From Deltaproteobacteria bacterium (lineage in GTDB: Bacteria; Myxococcota_A; Polyangia; Polyangiales; Houyiibacteriaceae): a stretch of 64,000 nt of DNA. Below, piece by piece: positions 19,261 to 32,257 of the stretch. The translations under genes and the position numbers were made by a program. The notes under the pieces are model-generated. The model was not told the origin of the DNA and made no database searches. It saw only the letters and a list, made by a program, of their open reading frames with translations. Position 1 is the first letter of the stretch. Every line of letters begins with the position of its first letter. The stretch lies in the NCBI GenBank assembly GCA_034670305.1, contig JAXMNT010000023.1:1-64000 (forward strand), given 5' to 3'.

Positions 19261-19994
19261 CAGGTGTTCTCTTCGTACTTGACGCTGCACCCGTAGGGGC
19301 GGGTCTGCGGCGTGGGTGGTGCGTTGCCGTCGAGCAAGGCCTGCACGGCTTCGCGCACGTAGTTGTGGGGCGTCTCGTTCTGGCCGCGGGGGTCGTCGTC
19401 GATCGCGCCCTGGTAGCGGAGCACACCCTCCGCGTCGACGATGTACATGTTCGGCGTGGTGGTCGCTTCGTAGCTCCGGCCGGTTGCGCCATCGGCGTCG
19501 AGAAGGATTGGGTAGGGGAGGTCGTGTTCTTCGCGCCACGCTTGCGAGCTCTCCGCGGTCACGAAGTGCGAAGAGTCGATCGCGAGCCAGACGACCTGGT
19601 CGCCTGGCAAGGTCTCGACCAACTGGCGCATCGTCTGTGCGCGGTAGTGGCGCTGGACGAACGGGCAGTCGGGGTTGATCCACTCGAGCACCACGATTTT
19701 GCCGCGGTACTGCGCGAGCGTGTGCGACGTGCCGGCCTGATCGGTCAGCTCGAACGCGGGCGCGGCTTGACCGAGCGAAGCGGTGAGGGTGGGCGTGCCG
19801 GGGTCGGCCTCTTCAGGCACGGCGGCCCGTTCGTTGGCCGCGGCTTGGTCCGGGGCGACTCGGTCTTCGGCGGCGGGGGCCACGGTTGCGGGTTGATCGT
19901 GGGCCCCGGCTTCGGGGTCGGGAACCAGTTCGTCGTCGCACGCGACGAGCCCGAACGAAACACACAGCGACAGCATCCAGGTCCAATGTTTCAT
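19260..19994 (-). CDS. Thioredoxin/AhpC-TSA-like redoxin lipoprotein
   Basis: Lipobox LVAC; APAFEL.D, VLEWINPDCPFV, TTP, YQGAIDD, YGCSVKY. Confidence 0.9.
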   Translation of the reverse strand: MKHWTWMLSLCVSFGLVACDDELVPDPEAGAHDQPATVAPAAEDRVAPDQAAANERAAVPEEADPGTPTLTASLGQAAPAFELTDQAGTSHTLAQYRGKIVVLEWINPDCPFVQRHYRAQTMRQLVETLPGDQVVWLAIDSSHFVTAESSQAWREEHDLPYPILLDADGATGRSYEATTTPNMYIVDAEGVLRYQGAIDDDPRGQNETPHNYVREAVQALLDGNAPPTPQTRPYGCSVKYEENT

Positions 19995-20209
19995 GACTAC
20001 GGCCTACGGTGCTCCGGCCCCGGCGTCACGCCTAGGGGGCCGAGTTTTTTGTAAGGATGCGTGAAGTGTAGGACGGCAGCGCTCCGAACCGCGCCCATTT
20101 TCGAGTCGCACCCGCCGTGATCGAAGTCCGCGCCGCGCCCACACCTGAGCGCGCGGTCCTCTCGAAGGCCCTGTCGCTGTCGCACGCACCCGGCATTTGG
20201 GTGAGCGCT

Positions 20210-22282
20210 CTAGCTGCTGGGCAGCGCTTCGAGCACGTCGTTCGGGCTGAGGAGCTCGGGCAGGATGTTCGGGCTGCCACCGGGCGACTGCACCAGCACC
20301 AGCGGCACGCTGGCTCGGCCGTGGCGGGCCAGTTCGGCGCGGATGGCGTCGTCCCGCGCGGTCCAGTCGCCGACGAAGAGGGCGACATCTTCGTTGGCCA
20401 GCCGCGCGCGCACGTCGTCGTCCCCGAACGCGACCCGTTCGTTGAGTTTGCAGGTCAGACACCAGTCGGCCGTGAAGACGATCACCGCGGTCTTGCCGGC
20501 GGCGAGTTCGGTGGAGACCGCTTCGGGGCTCCAAGCCGTCCAGCCTTCGACTTCGGTGGTGTGGGCAGCGCCCGGGACCGGTTGCGCGCGCCACACCGGG
20601 AGCGCCGCGAGCGCGACCAAGGGCAACGCGACCACGAGCGCCTTCTTGCCCCAGGACGACAACATCCAGACCGCGAACGTACAGATGACCAGGAGGCCGA
20701 CGAGCATCGCCATGCCGTCGAGCGAGGTCAGGCTGCCGAACACCCAGGCGAGCCAGACGGCGGTGGCGAGGAGCGCGAACCCAAGCACGCGCTGAAGCTT
20801 CTCCATCCACAGGCCGGGCTTCGGGAGGAACTTGCCCATGCTCGGGAAGCGCGCGAGCAAGAGGAACGGAAGCGCGAGGCCAAGGCCGATGGAGGCGAAG
20901 ACGCTGAGCACTTCGAACGCGCTGCCAGTGAACGCGAAACCCACCGCGACGCTCAGCATCGGAGCCGAACAGGGCGTGGCGAGCACGACGGTCAGGACAC
21001 CTTCGCCGATGCTTCGGGCGGCGCCGTGTTTGTCGTCGACGCCGCGGCTGAGCGCGTTCGCGTTGAGCCGCACTTCGAACACGCCGAAGAAGCTGGTCGC
21101 CATCACCGCGAGCAAGATCGCGAGACCCGCGACGAACTTCGGTTCTTGGAGCTGAAAGCCGAGGCCGACTTCGTGGCCGGCGGCGCGCAGGCCGAGCACG
21201 ACGCCGCCGAGCACCAACATCGAGCCGATCACCCCGAGCGCGTAGAACGCGGCGTGGCGTTTGGGGGGCTCGCCTTCTTCGCGGGCCTTCACCCAGCCGA
21301 AGACCTTCACGGCCAGCACCGGCAAGACGCAGGGCATCAGGTTGAGGACGAGCCCGCCGAGCAGACCGAACAAGATCGCGAGCAGCCAGGACGCGCGGGT
21401 GGGTGCGGCGGAGGGGATCGCCTCGACGGTGGCTTCGGTCTCCGCGGTGGCGGTTTCGACCCACTCGGCCACCGCTTCGCTCGGGTGGTCGATCACGAAG
21501 CCGTGTTCGCCGAGGCGCAGCACACCGGTGAGGGTCTCGGGCACGGTGCCATCGCTCGGCTCGAACGAGATGCGCCACCCGGTGTCGGTGGACTCGGCGC
21601 TCTGTTCCCGGAGCGTCACGATCTCGACGCCGAAGGCCGGGATGAACTCGGGGCGCTCGTCGCAGTCTTCGCACGCGACGTCGACGACGAAGCCTTCGGT
21701 GTCGTTGCGCGCGACCTCGAGGGCGGCGGCTTCGCTCGGGACCGCCGCGGCCGCGAGTTCGAAGGCTGGGGTGTGTTCGCTCGGGGTGGGGGCGGCGCCA
21801 GGTTCGGCGCGTTCGAGGGTGCGCTCCAAGGTGGCGTGGGCCGGGATGCACGCGACTTCGCAGACGAGGAAGTCGACTTCGGCGCTCACCGTGACAGCGC
21901 CTTCGCCGGTTGGGGTGGCGGTCGCGAAGAGCAAGACCTCGTCGCCGTACCCATAGGTGATGATCGGTCCCGGGGTCTCGAAGCGGTGCGGGGCGGGCCA
22001 CTGCAGCTCGCCGGCTTCGACCCCACCGAACTCGACGCTGGTCGGCAGGCCGCTCTCGCCCGGGTTGTGCCAGTACATATGCCAGCCCGGCTCGAGCACG
22101 AAACGCACGCCGACCCGGAAGTCGCCTTCGGCGGGGGCGTGCGTGGCGTCGGCCACCAGCTCGATGTGGGCGCGCGGTCCATCGGCGCTCTCGGCCACGT
22201 CGGCTTGCGAGTCGGCGCGTGCGGACGCCTGGAAGGCGAAGGCCACCCCCAACGAAAGGAGCAGGGTGCGGAGAAGTCGCAT
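20210..22282 (-). CDS. dsbD: DsbD-family thiol:disulfide interchange protein
   Basis: N-domain GWHMYW.NPG..G and VCEVACIP; TM domain LNLMPCVLPVL and LATPCSAP; C-terminal thioredoxin TADWCLTC. Confidence 0.9.
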   Translation of the reverse strand: MRLLRTLLLSLGVAFAFQASARADSQADVAESADGPRAHIELVADATHAPAEGDFRVGVRFVLEPGWHMYWHNPGESGLPTSVEFGGVEAGELQWPAPHRFETPGPIITYGYGDEVLLFATATPTGEGAVTVSAEVDFLVCEVACIPAHATLERTLERAEPGAAPTPSEHTPAFELAAAAVPSEAAALEVARNDTEGFVVDVACEDCDERPEFIPAFGVEIVTLREQSAESTDTGWRISFEPSDGTVPETLTGVLRLGEHGFVIDHPSEAVAEWVETATAETEATVEAIPSAAPTRASWLLAILFGLLGGLVLNLMPCVLPVLAVKVFGWVKAREEGEPPKRHAAFYALGVIGSMLVLGGVVLGLRAAGHEVGLGFQLQEPKFVAGLAILLAVMATSFFGVFEVRLNANALSRGVDDKHGAARSIGEGVLTVVLATPCSAPMLSVAVGFAFTGSAFEVLSVFASIGLGLALPFLLLARFPSMGKFLPKPGLWMEKLQRVLGFALLATAVWLAWVFGSLTSLDGMAMLVGLLVICTFAVWMLSSWGKKALVVALPLVALAALPVWRAQPVPGAAHTTEVEGWTAWSPEAVSTELAAGKTAVIVFTADWCLTCKLNERVAFGDDDVRARLANEDVALFVGDWTARDDAIRAELARHGRASVPLVLVQSPGGSPNILPELLSPNDVLEALPSS

Positions 22283-22444
22283 GGCCTATCCATACGGCGG
22301 ACGACGGCGGACGTCACGGGGGGCGGTGCGCATCGGTGAGAAATCTTCCCGATCCCGGTGGAATGCGGGGTGGTACGGGCTGGTGAGGGGGTTGGATCGC
22401 ATCGGGCGGGGAGGAAAACGTGACTGCCCCGTATCCCTTTTGAG

Positions 22445-22999
22445 ATGGCGGCCACCCCACCCTTGTCCAACCTGGACCCCCGAGCGGTCGGGGCACTGCG
22501 GTTCCCGGCGATGGCGCTGCTGTGTCTGGGCCTGTGCGCGTGTGCGCCCTACCGAAGCACCAGCGTCCTCGCGGGCGGTCCGGGCGACCGCTCCTTCGAG
22601 TGCCTCGACCTCAGCATCGCGCCGCACCACGACGACCTCGTTCACGCCCACGGCTGGATCGCCATCGCGTACGAGTTCGGCAACCCGTGTCGCCTCGAGA
22701 CCGACCTCGACCTCGGCGCGGCGGAGGTGTGGGTCCGCACGCCAACCGGGCGGGTCCAAGTCCGCCCGCACGATCCCCGAGGCGAGATCCGCGCCGGCCT
22801 GCTCGACGGCGGCCGGCGGGGCCGAGAGGTCATCGCGTACCACGCGGGCGGCGCGCGGGTCGGAGACGAGTTGTCGGAGGTGTGCGTCGGCATCGCGGCC
22901 GTGAGCAGCGAGGTCCAACGCAGCTCCGAACCATCGACCCACTGTTTCGTCTGGGGACCCAGTCCCGACGAGACGCCGGTCTGGGGCAAGGGCTCATGA
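22445..22999 (+). CDS. Hypothetical lipoprotein
   Basis: LCLGLCAC lipobox-like segment; coupled to the next gene by ATGA; start may be ATG 22511. Confidence 0.65.
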   Translation: MAATPPLSNLDPRAVGALRFPAMALLCLGLCACAPYRSTSVLAGGPGDRSFECLDLSIAPHHDDLVHAHGWIAIAYEFGNPCRLETDLDLGAAEVWVRTPTGRVQVRPHDPRGEIRAGLLDGGRRGREVIAYHAGGARVGDELSEVCVGIAAVSSEVQRSSEPSTHCFVWGPSPDETPVWGKGS

Positions 23000-23853
23000 A
23001 TCGACTTCTCGCGTGTGTCTTCTCGGTGGCTCTCGGACTCTGGTCCGGAGAGGCCCTCGCGGGTTCGACCTGCGGCAGCAGCAGCAGTGGTGGAAGCGGC
23101 GGCAGCAGCGGCAGCAGCGGTGGCAGTGGTGGCAGCAGCAGTGGCGGCGGTGGCGACGGTGGGAGCGGCATCAGCGGCTCAGAGGGCGCGCCGGCCTGCA
23201 AGGACGAGAGCGAGATCGTTGGTGCGCGCGCGTGCAACGGCTACCGCTTCGGCCGCGCGTGGGACGCCGGCCGCAGTGCGCCTTGGACCCTCGGCATCGA
23301 GGTCGGGGTGCTCCATCTGAACCTGACCGGGCTCGGGCTTCGAGGGGAAGCCGTCCACAACGACAACGTCTACCGCTACGACAACGAAGGCGCGGGCCAC
23401 CGGCTCGCCGGGTCGTTCTCTCTGCGCATCACCCGGTTCGTGTCGCGACGCTTCTACATCGGCAGCGCCGGCCTCATCGGGGTCTCGGGCAGCGAGCAGC
23501 CGATCGCCGGGGACTCCCATGTGCGCGTCGTCTCTGCGGTGGCGCTCGGTGGACATCTGATCGCCGGGGTCGCGGTGCCGCTGGGCGAGCGAGGCCAGCT
23601 GCGGGCCGAGGCGCTGGTTGGCGGGCGCGCGCTCTTGGTCGACGTCGAGTCGCAGGAGGGCGCGTGCGTGGTGACGCAGAGCCATGGCGCGGGGCAATGG
23701 ACGGTGGCGGGGCGGGTGGCGCTCGATGTCTACCTCTCCCACCACACGAGCGTGGGCGCGTACCTTGGCTACGAGGCGTTGCAGCGCGAAGGGCAGGGTG
23801 GGCTTCGAGTGACCCTGCACACCCGCAGCCACGACAACCAGCCCGCGCGCTGA
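22996..23853 (+). CDS. Secreted protein with Gly/Ser linker and probable outer-membrane beta-barrel
   Basis: Signal peptide MNRLLAC...ALA; GS-rich tract; amphipathic beta-strand pattern in the C-terminal half. Confidence 0.7.
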   Translation: MNRLLACVFSVALGLWSGEALAGSTCGSSSSGGSGGSSGSSGGSGGSSSGGGGDGGSGISGSEGAPACKDESEIVGARACNGYRFGRAWDAGRSAPWTLGIEVGVLHLNLTGLGLRGEAVHNDNVYRYDNEGAGHRLAGSFSLRITRFVSRRFYIGSAGLIGVSGSEQPIAGDSHVRVVSAVALGGHLIAGVAVPLGERGQLRAEALVGGRALLVDVESQEGACVVTQSHGAGQWTVAGRVALDVYLSHHTSVGAYLGYEALQREGQGGLRVTLHTRSHDNQPAR

Positions 23854-23867
23854 GGTCAGAAGGGTTG

Positions 23868-24138
23868 CGCCTTGCCGCCCTTGCTCTGGCCCGTGCCCTT
23901 GCCCTTTCACGACGCCGAGGCCGACGCCGAAGCCGAAGCCGATGCCGAAGCCGATGCCGAAGCCGACGCCGAAGCCCACGCCGAAGCCGAAGCCGAAGCC
24001 GACGCCGACGCCGACGCCGAAGCCGAAGCCGAAGCCGAAGCCGAAGCCGAAGCCGAAGCCGAATCGGAAGCCGAATCGGAAGCCGAATCGGAAGCGTCGC
24101 GGAAGCGGAGGCGGAAGCGGAGGCGCGCGGGCAAGGGG
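23868..24138. repeat. Intergenic hexamer array (CCCTTG, GCCGAA/C/T, TCGGAA, GCGGAA, GGGCAA)
   Basis: Multi-block array after the stop at 23853. Confidence 0.95.
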
Positions 24139-24184
24139 CCGCGCAACACTGTCCTTCTTGTTCCGGTCGCTCCATCATGGAGGC

Positions 24185-25318
24185 GTGCGTGTTGCGGTCG
24201 TCTTGCTCGTGGTCGGTGTGGGTGTGTTGGCGCGGGGGCAGGACGCCGAGGTGGTTACGCCCGCGCGCGTGCCGCTCAGCGATGTGTCCACACTCGCGTC
24301 CTTTCACCGCGCGTACCACGCGAGCAAGCGGGGCGAACATCGGTTGCGGGTGGTGTTCCATGGCGCGTCGCACACCGCGAACGATCAGTACACCTCGATC
24401 GTCCGCCAGGGGCTGCAGTCGCGTCTCGGCGACGGCGGACCGGGCTGGGTGATGCCGGCGCCTCCCTTCCCACTGCAGTCGCACGCGGGGGTGGCGGTGC
24501 GCGGAACCGGGTGGACCGGACACAAGGTGCGCGGACGCGAACAGCGGCGGGACGAATATGGGTACGCGGGGTTCTTCCTTCAGGGGCAGGACACCCACGC
24601 GACCCTGCGAAGCCGCTCGCCGATCGATGTGGCGGAGTTGTTCGCGGCCGGGGAAGGTGAGGTCGATCTGCTCGTCGACGGAGTCGTGGCACAGACCGCC
24701 GCCCTCCGTTCCGAGGGCGCGCGCCTCGTGGCCGAGTTCGCCGAAGGCACACCAGCGATCGGGGTGCGCGTCCGCGGCACGGCGCGGATCTACGGGGTCG
24801 CCCTGGAGCGGCGCGGCGCATCTGGCGCCGTGGTGGATGCGCTCGGCGTTCCCGGAACCCGCATCTGGGATCAGGAGCGTTGGCAGACCCGTCTGATGGC
24901 CACCCAACTCGGGACCCGGCCACCAGACTTGGTCGCGCTCGCGTATGGAACCAATGAGTCCGCCAACCAGCGGGTCCCGATCGCCGAGGTGCGCGAACGG
25001 ATCCGCCGCGTCGTTCGGCGGTGGAAACGGCTCGCACCGGAGGCGTCGATCGCCCTCGTCGGTCCGGGCGAGTGGCCGCGTCGACGGGCGAACGGGACCT
25101 ACGGACCTCGGTCGCGCTTGGTCGAAGTCGTGGAGGCGCAGCGCCGCGTCGCCGCGGAGGAGGGCGTTGCGTTCTTCGACACCCTCGCATGGATGGGCGG
25201 CGAAGGCGCCATGGTCCGCTGGGTCGGCGCGGGCCTCGCCCTGGACGACCACGTCCACTTCACCCAAGCCGGCTACGACCGATTCGGCCAAGCCCTCCTC
25301 CGCGCGATGCTCCCCTGA
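24185..25318 (+). CDS. Periplasmic SGNH/GDSL hydrolase or O-acetyltransferase (PatB/Ape-like)
   Basis: Block I HGASHT, GDGGPGW, block III YGTNE, block V DHVHF; hydrophobic N-terminus from GTG 24185. Confidence 0.82.
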   Translation: MRVAVVLLVVGVGVLARGQDAEVVTPARVPLSDVSTLASFHRAYHASKRGEHRLRVVFHGASHTANDQYTSIVRQGLQSRLGDGGPGWVMPAPPFPLQSHAGVAVRGTGWTGHKVRGREQRRDEYGYAGFFLQGQDTHATLRSRSPIDVAELFAAGEGEVDLLVDGVVAQTAALRSEGARLVAEFAEGTPAIGVRVRGTARIYGVALERRGASGAVVDALGVPGTRIWDQERWQTRLMATQLGTRPPDLVALAYGTNESANQRVPIAEVRERIRRVVRRWKRLAPEASIALVGPGEWPRRRANGTYGPRSRLVEVVEAQRRVAAEEGVAFFDTLAWMGGEGAMVRWVGAGLALDDHVHFTQAGYDRFGQALLRAMLP

Positions 25319-25329
25319 GCTCGACGGAG

Positions 25330-25628
25330 CCGGGGTCGGGATCGGTGTCGGCTTCGGCTTCGGGATCGGCTTCGGGGTCGGCTTCGCGGTCGGCTTCGGG
25401 ATCGGCGTCGGCGTCGGCCTCGGCCTCGGCTTCGGGATCGGCTTCGGGATCGGTTTCGGCTTCGGGATCGGCTTCGGGGTCGGCTTCGGGATCGGCTTCG
25501 GCTTCGGCTTCGGCTTCCGCGACCGCGACCGCGACCGCTTCCGCGACCGCGACCGCTACCGCGACCGCTACCGCTACCGCGACCGCTACCGCTACCGCGA
25601 CCGCTTCCGCTACCGCTGCCGTTCCGCT
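25330..25628. repeat. Intergenic hexamer array, opposite orientation (TTCGGC/ATCGGC, then CCGCGA/CCGCTA)
   Basis: Reverse complement of the GCCGAA/GCGGAA-type arrays; starts about 12 nt after the stop at 25318. Confidence 0.95.
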
Positions 25629-25707
25629 TTTCCGGCTGCCGCGACTGTGCGGAACGGTTTTCCCCAAGTCAGGGAATGCCACGCGCTCCATCCTGCGTTC
25701 ACCCCAG

Positions 25708-26547
25708 GTGAACGTGCGACGCAGGGTGGTGTGTGTGGTGGCGGCGAGTGTTTGGGCGTCGGTTTGGTTTGGGCTCGGAGAGGGCGAAGCCGGTGCGCAG
25801 TCGACCGTCGGCACGCCCGGGCTCGTGGTGGAGCGGGTGCGTCTGCCGATCGCTCCGGAGGTCCCGATCGGCAACCGGATCCTCACGGTGGTGCGGGTCG
25901 ATCTCGACCACTACCGGCTTCGCATCCTCACCGAGGAACGCCACGGCCCGCGTCGGACGATGCCGCAGTGGTTGGCCGATCACCACCTCGCGGGCGGCAT
26001 CAACGCCGGCATGTTCCTGCCGAGCGGACGCAGCGTCGGCTTCATGATGCAAGACGGTGCGGTCGCCTCGAACCGGCGCGTGACGAAGTACCGCGGGGTG
26101 ATCGGATTCGGTCCGCGCCGCGCCGCCCTGCCCGGGTTGAGTGTGACCGGTCCGCGTTGCGGCGGATCGATCGACCGACACGTGCGCCAGTACGAGAACG
26201 TGCTCCAGGCGTACCGAATGATCGATTGCCGCGGGACCCCGTCGAACTGGCAGAGCCGCAAGCGGTTCAGCGCCGCGGGGTTCGGGGTCGACTCCGCGGG
26301 ACGCGCGGTGTTCGTGCATACGCGCACGCCCTACCGGATGAACGTACTCAACCGCATGCTCGCGGCACCGGAACTCGGCATCGAAGGCATGATCTACATG
26401 GAAGGCGGTCCCGAAGCCTCGCTGGTGGTGAACGACGCCGGACACCGCGTGTCCGAGATCGGAAGCTACGAAGACGGGTTCCACGAGAGCGACGACAACC
26501 ACGACTTCTGGGACATCCCGAACATCGTCGCGTTCGAACGGCGCTGA
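25708..26547 (+). CDS. Phosphodiester glycosidase (NAGPA-like) family protein, secreted
   Basis: VVRVD, GINAGMF, MEGGPEASL; signal-like N-terminus; start approximate. Confidence 0.72.
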   Translation: MNVRRRVVCVVAASVWASVWFGLGEGEAGAQSTVGTPGLVVERVRLPIAPEVPIGNRILTVVRVDLDHYRLRILTEERHGPRRTMPQWLADHHLAGGINAGMFLPSGRSVGFMMQDGAVASNRRVTKYRGVIGFGPRRAALPGLSVTGPRCGGSIDRHVRQYENVLQAYRMIDCRGTPSNWQSRKRFSAAGFGVDSAGRAVFVHTRTPYRMNVLNRMLAAPELGIEGMIYMEGGPEASLVVNDAGHRVSEIGSYEDGFHESDDNHDFWDIPNIVAFERR

Positions 26548-26630
26548 CTCCGGCCGCAGACTCGAGCCGCGGACTCGAGCAGCTGACTCAAGTGATGTGC
26601 GCGGCCGCCGAGTCCCCTACCATCGAAGTG

Positions 26631-27308
26631 GTGAAGCGCGACTCACCCCCGTCCATCGACCCCGTTCGCACCGGTGGTCCGAGCGCGTGGACCCGCATCG
26701 GTGCGTGGCTCTTCGCGTGGGCCGCCATGGCGTGCGGTTCGCCGCCCACCCAGGTGGAGACCCAGTCGCCCGTCGAGACGGTGGAGCCCTCGGACCCGCC
26801 ACCGATTGAGATCGCGACCGCCGAAGGGCCGACCAAGGTCGAGCAGCCACCCGGCGAATCACCGGCCCCCCCTGAGGACCCCGCCGACTGGACGACGTCC
26901 CTCCTCGGCGAGCCGGCAATCATCGACCCGAGCCTGGTCGATGGCGCCGGTCCGGCGACCGAGCGGAACATTCGGGTGTCGATCGCGCTTCGGGAGATCG
27001 CGTTCGAGCCCACGCTCGGTCCCGAGGACGAGCAGCGGCAAGCGATCCATCGGCTCCTCCGCCGCCGACTTGCTGCACTTCGCCGCTGCTACGAGGCGAG
27101 CGGGTCCGATGCGGCCGAAGGCGCGATCCGCTTCACGTTCGTGGTCTCACAGGGCCGCGTCACGAGCGCCGCTGCAACCGAGAACACCATCGGCCAGCCC
27201 ACCGCCGCCTGCAGCCTCCGCATCCTTCGGCAGTTCCGCTTCAACGAACCCTTCCCCACGCCAGTCACTGCCCACGCCCGCGTGTCGTTCGTTCGTCCGG
27301 GCGGGTAG
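26631..27308 (+). CDS. Lipoprotein with AgmX/PglI (TonB-C-like) C-terminal domain
   Basis: Lipobox AAMAC; Pro-rich linker; LRRCYE...G.I...F.V..GRV...AAC..RILRQFRF; start approximate. Confidence 0.72.
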   Translation: MKRDSPPSIDPVRTGGPSAWTRIGAWLFAWAAMACGSPPTQVETQSPVETVEPSDPPPIEIATAEGPTKVEQPPGESPAPPEDPADWTTSLLGEPAIIDPSLVDGAGPATERNIRVSIALREIAFEPTLGPEDEQRQAIHRLLRRRLAALRRCYEASGSDAAEGAIRFTFVVSQGRVTSAAATENTIGQPTAACSLRILRQFRFNEPFPTPVTAHARVSFVRPGG

Positions 27309-27358
27309 GGAGGGCGACAAGGGGTCGACCCTTTGCTTTTCGGCCCGCGCGCACCAGG

Positions 27359-29309
<1,951 letters not shown>

Positions 29310-29317
<8 letters not shown>

Positions 29318-31361
29318 TCCCGACCTTCAGCTCTCTCCCAGCCAGCGTCCTGCGCCACCGCCTTCGGACGACCCGGACGGCGCCACGCAGCGCAGCCCGG
29401 TGGCTCCGGCGGTGGAAGCAGCGGTGGAAGCGGAGCGGACCGCACGCGTGGAGGGACACCCGACCGTCACAGCCAAGGTCGTGGAGCGACCGAAGACTGC
29501 CGCCGACGGTCCGGACGCCGAAGCCGAACGGGCGAACACCGACCTGCCGCCCGGCGCGGGCGGCGACAAGACCGATGTGGGCAAGAGCGACACCGCGCTC
29601 TTCGCGGGCACGTCTCCGGGCGCGTTGCCACCGGCTCCGGAGCTGGTGCGGGTCGAGCCGGTCGCGGTCAGTGAGGCGACGGCAGCCGACGACGACTGGA
29701 TCGGAAGTGTGCTCGAGGGCCGCTACGAGATCGAAGCGAAGCTCGGTGAAGGCGGCATCGGCCGGGTCTACCGCGCCCGGCACCTCAAGCTCGGCCGGCC
29801 CGTGGCTGTGAAGGTTCTGCTCGAACGCTTCCGCGGAACCGAAGCCGTGCGCGCGCGGTTCGAGCGCGAAGCGCAGACGCTTTCGGCACTCCAGCACCCG
29901 AACATCGTGACCGTGACCGACTACGGCGTGCTCCAGGATCCGATCGCCGCGGGCTGCCCGTACCTGGTGATGGAGCTCGTCGACGGAAGCGACCTCGACG
30001 TGTTGCTCGAGCAAGGACTCATTCCCATCGAACGCGCGGTGGGTTTGATGATCCAGGTCCTGCGCAGCCTCGCGTATGCGCACGAGAGCGGCATCGTGCA
30101 CCGCGATCTGAAACCGGGGAACGCGCTGCTCCGGGTGCTTCCGGACGGCAGCGACCACGTCGAGGTGCTCGACTTCGGGCTCGCGAAGTTCCTCGACGAA
30201 GGCACCGAAGCATCTCCCGCCAGCCCGAAACTGACGCGCGCTGGCACCATCCTCGGCACCCCCGCGTACATGGCGCCCGAGCAGGTCGAAGCCGCCGCGT
30301 GCGATGCCCGCACCGACGTGTACGCGGCCGGTGTGATGTTGTTCGAGCTGCTGACCGGCGTGCTGCCATTCCAGCATCAAGATCCAGGCACGATGCTGCG
30401 CGCGCATCTCGTGGACCCACCACCGAGCATGCGGTCGAAGCGCCCCGAAGTTCCTGCGGTGCTGGAGACGATCGTGGAAAAGGCGCTCAGCAAACGCATG
30501 GACGCCCGGTACGCGGACGGCGGCGCGATGCTCGAAGCGCTCGAGGCGGTCGACCTGCACGAGCGCGCGACGGTCACCGGCAAGCTTCGCGCGATCGGCG
30601 AGGACCTGCCCGAGAAGCTCGAGCAGGTCTCCAGCCGGGTCGGCGGACAGCTCCGCACCCTCGAGGGCCGGTGGGGCGTGCTTCGCAAGAGCGCCGAGAA
30701 GAAGTGGGGAGAGACGCGCACCCGCTTGCCTGCGCCGATGCAGAAGATTCCGACTTCCGTCTATCTGTTCGCGGCGGTTGCCCTTGGCGTCGTGGTGCTC
30801 GCCGGCGCCCTGGTCGCGATGATGCCGACGGTCTCGACGGTCGAAGTGGGGCCGACGCCGCACGCCGCGATCACGGAGATCCCCGACGGGGTCGACCTCG
30901 CCGACGTCGAGCAGACCGACGAACTTCCGGATGCCCGCAACCCTTGGCTGGACGTTGCCACGCTGCCGCCCGAGATCGTCTCGATCAAAGCGCGGGTGGA
31001 TTCAGGCCGCCGACTCGGACGCAGCCAACTCGGCAGTCTGAGAATGTTGCATCGAGATTATCCGAACGACTGCCGTCCGCTGCTCTTGCACGCGCATGGC
31101 TACGCACTTCGTCGGTGGCTGAGCCACGCGCTGCCCCTCTACATCGAAGCGTTCGAACTGGACCCGAGCTGTCGTGGCGATCCCGCCATGCTCGACAACC
31201 TCGTCGAGATGGCGGCGACGGAAACGCTCGAGCGCGAAGCGGCCAGCGTCATTCTGCAGATTTACGGATCGGAAGCGGAAGACGCGGTCGAAGCGGCCAT
31301 CGAGAGCAGCTCCCGCGCGGTGGAACGCCAGCGTCTCGAAGCCCTGCTCGACGCGTTGTAG
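29310..31361 (+). CDS. Ser/Thr protein kinase, single TM, extracytoplasmic helical domain
   Basis: LGEGGIGRV, VAVK, HRDLKPGN, DFG, GTPAYMAPE; TM VYLFAAVALGVVVLAGALVA; overlaps the upstream kinase by 8 nt. Confidence 0.94.
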
Positions 31362-31392
31362 CGCAGCGCACCGACCCTGGAGTCGGATCCGT

Positions 31393-32244
31393 TCAGCGAC
31401 TGCACCACTCGCGGTTGATCGCCTCCAGGACCTGGGTCGAAGCGTGGGTGGCGGGCTGGCTGGTCAGCTCCAGTCGAAGCGCGTCGAGTGCGGGGGTCGG
31501 ATCCTCCACGGACCCATTGGCAAGGAAGTTCGACCAGACCTCGGCATACCCGGCGTAGGCGAGCGCGGCTTCCACTTCCTGGGCCACCTCGTCTTCGAGG
31601 TCCGCGCGGGTCGCAAACTGTGGGCTGTCGCCGAGCTCGCGCGCCCGCAGGAAGAAGCGGGAGGCGGCGAGCGGGTCGTCTTCCCCCAGGTAGTAGACGC
31701 CGAACTCCACGTACGCCATCAGCACCCGCGGGCTGCCCGGGTGATGTTGCACGAGCCGGTGCCATACCATGCGTGCGCGCTCGAACTGTCGAAGCTGCTG
31801 CAACCCCCAGCCGAGCTTCCACAGCACCTCGTCCATGGTCTCGTGGTTCGGGAAGTCGTGCACCAAACGCGCGTACGTCTGAATGCCCGACTCCAGTGCG
31901 GCTTGATCTTGGGTGCTCCGGTAGACGTCCATGTACGCCGCAGCGGTGGCGAGGAGGGCTTCGGGATCGCCCGGCAAGTGGGGCCGGTGCAGCGCGATGG
32001 TCGCCTGCGCGTCGGCCACGCTCACCGTGGAGGGCACCACCGTCTCCCACGTCAGGGTCGGTGCCCGGACCGAGGGCATCGATCGAAGGACGCACCCTGG
32101 CGACGAACGCGGCATCGTCGGGATGGGCGCCTCCGCTTCGGCGTGGGCCACGGGCGTTGGCGCAGGCGTGGCTTGGCGGGCGCAGCCGATCACCAAGCTC
32201 ACGAGCGCCAGCGAGATCCCCATCCGAACGTCGACCCGCTCCAT
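31393..32244 (-). CDS. TPR lipoprotein (BamD/YbgF-like repeats)
   Basis: Lipobox LVIGC; YARLVHDFP...VLWKLG...ARMVWHRLVQHHPGS; start could be 32265, 32244 or 32223. Confidence 0.75.
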   Translation of the reverse strand: MERVDVRMGISLALVSLVIGCARQATPAPTPVAHAEAEAPIPTMPRSSPGCVLRSMPSVRAPTLTWETVVPSTVSVADAQATIALHRPHLPGDPEALLATAAAYMDVYRSTQDQAALESGIQTYARLVHDFPNHETMDEVLWKLGWGLQQLRQFERARMVWHRLVQHHPGSPRVLMAYVEFGVYYLGEDDPLAASRFFLRARELGDSPQFATRADLEDEVAQEVEAALAYAGYAEVWSNFLANGSVEDPTPALDALRLELTSQPATHASTQVLEAINREWCSR

Positions 32245-32257
32245 CACCGACAGGGTC

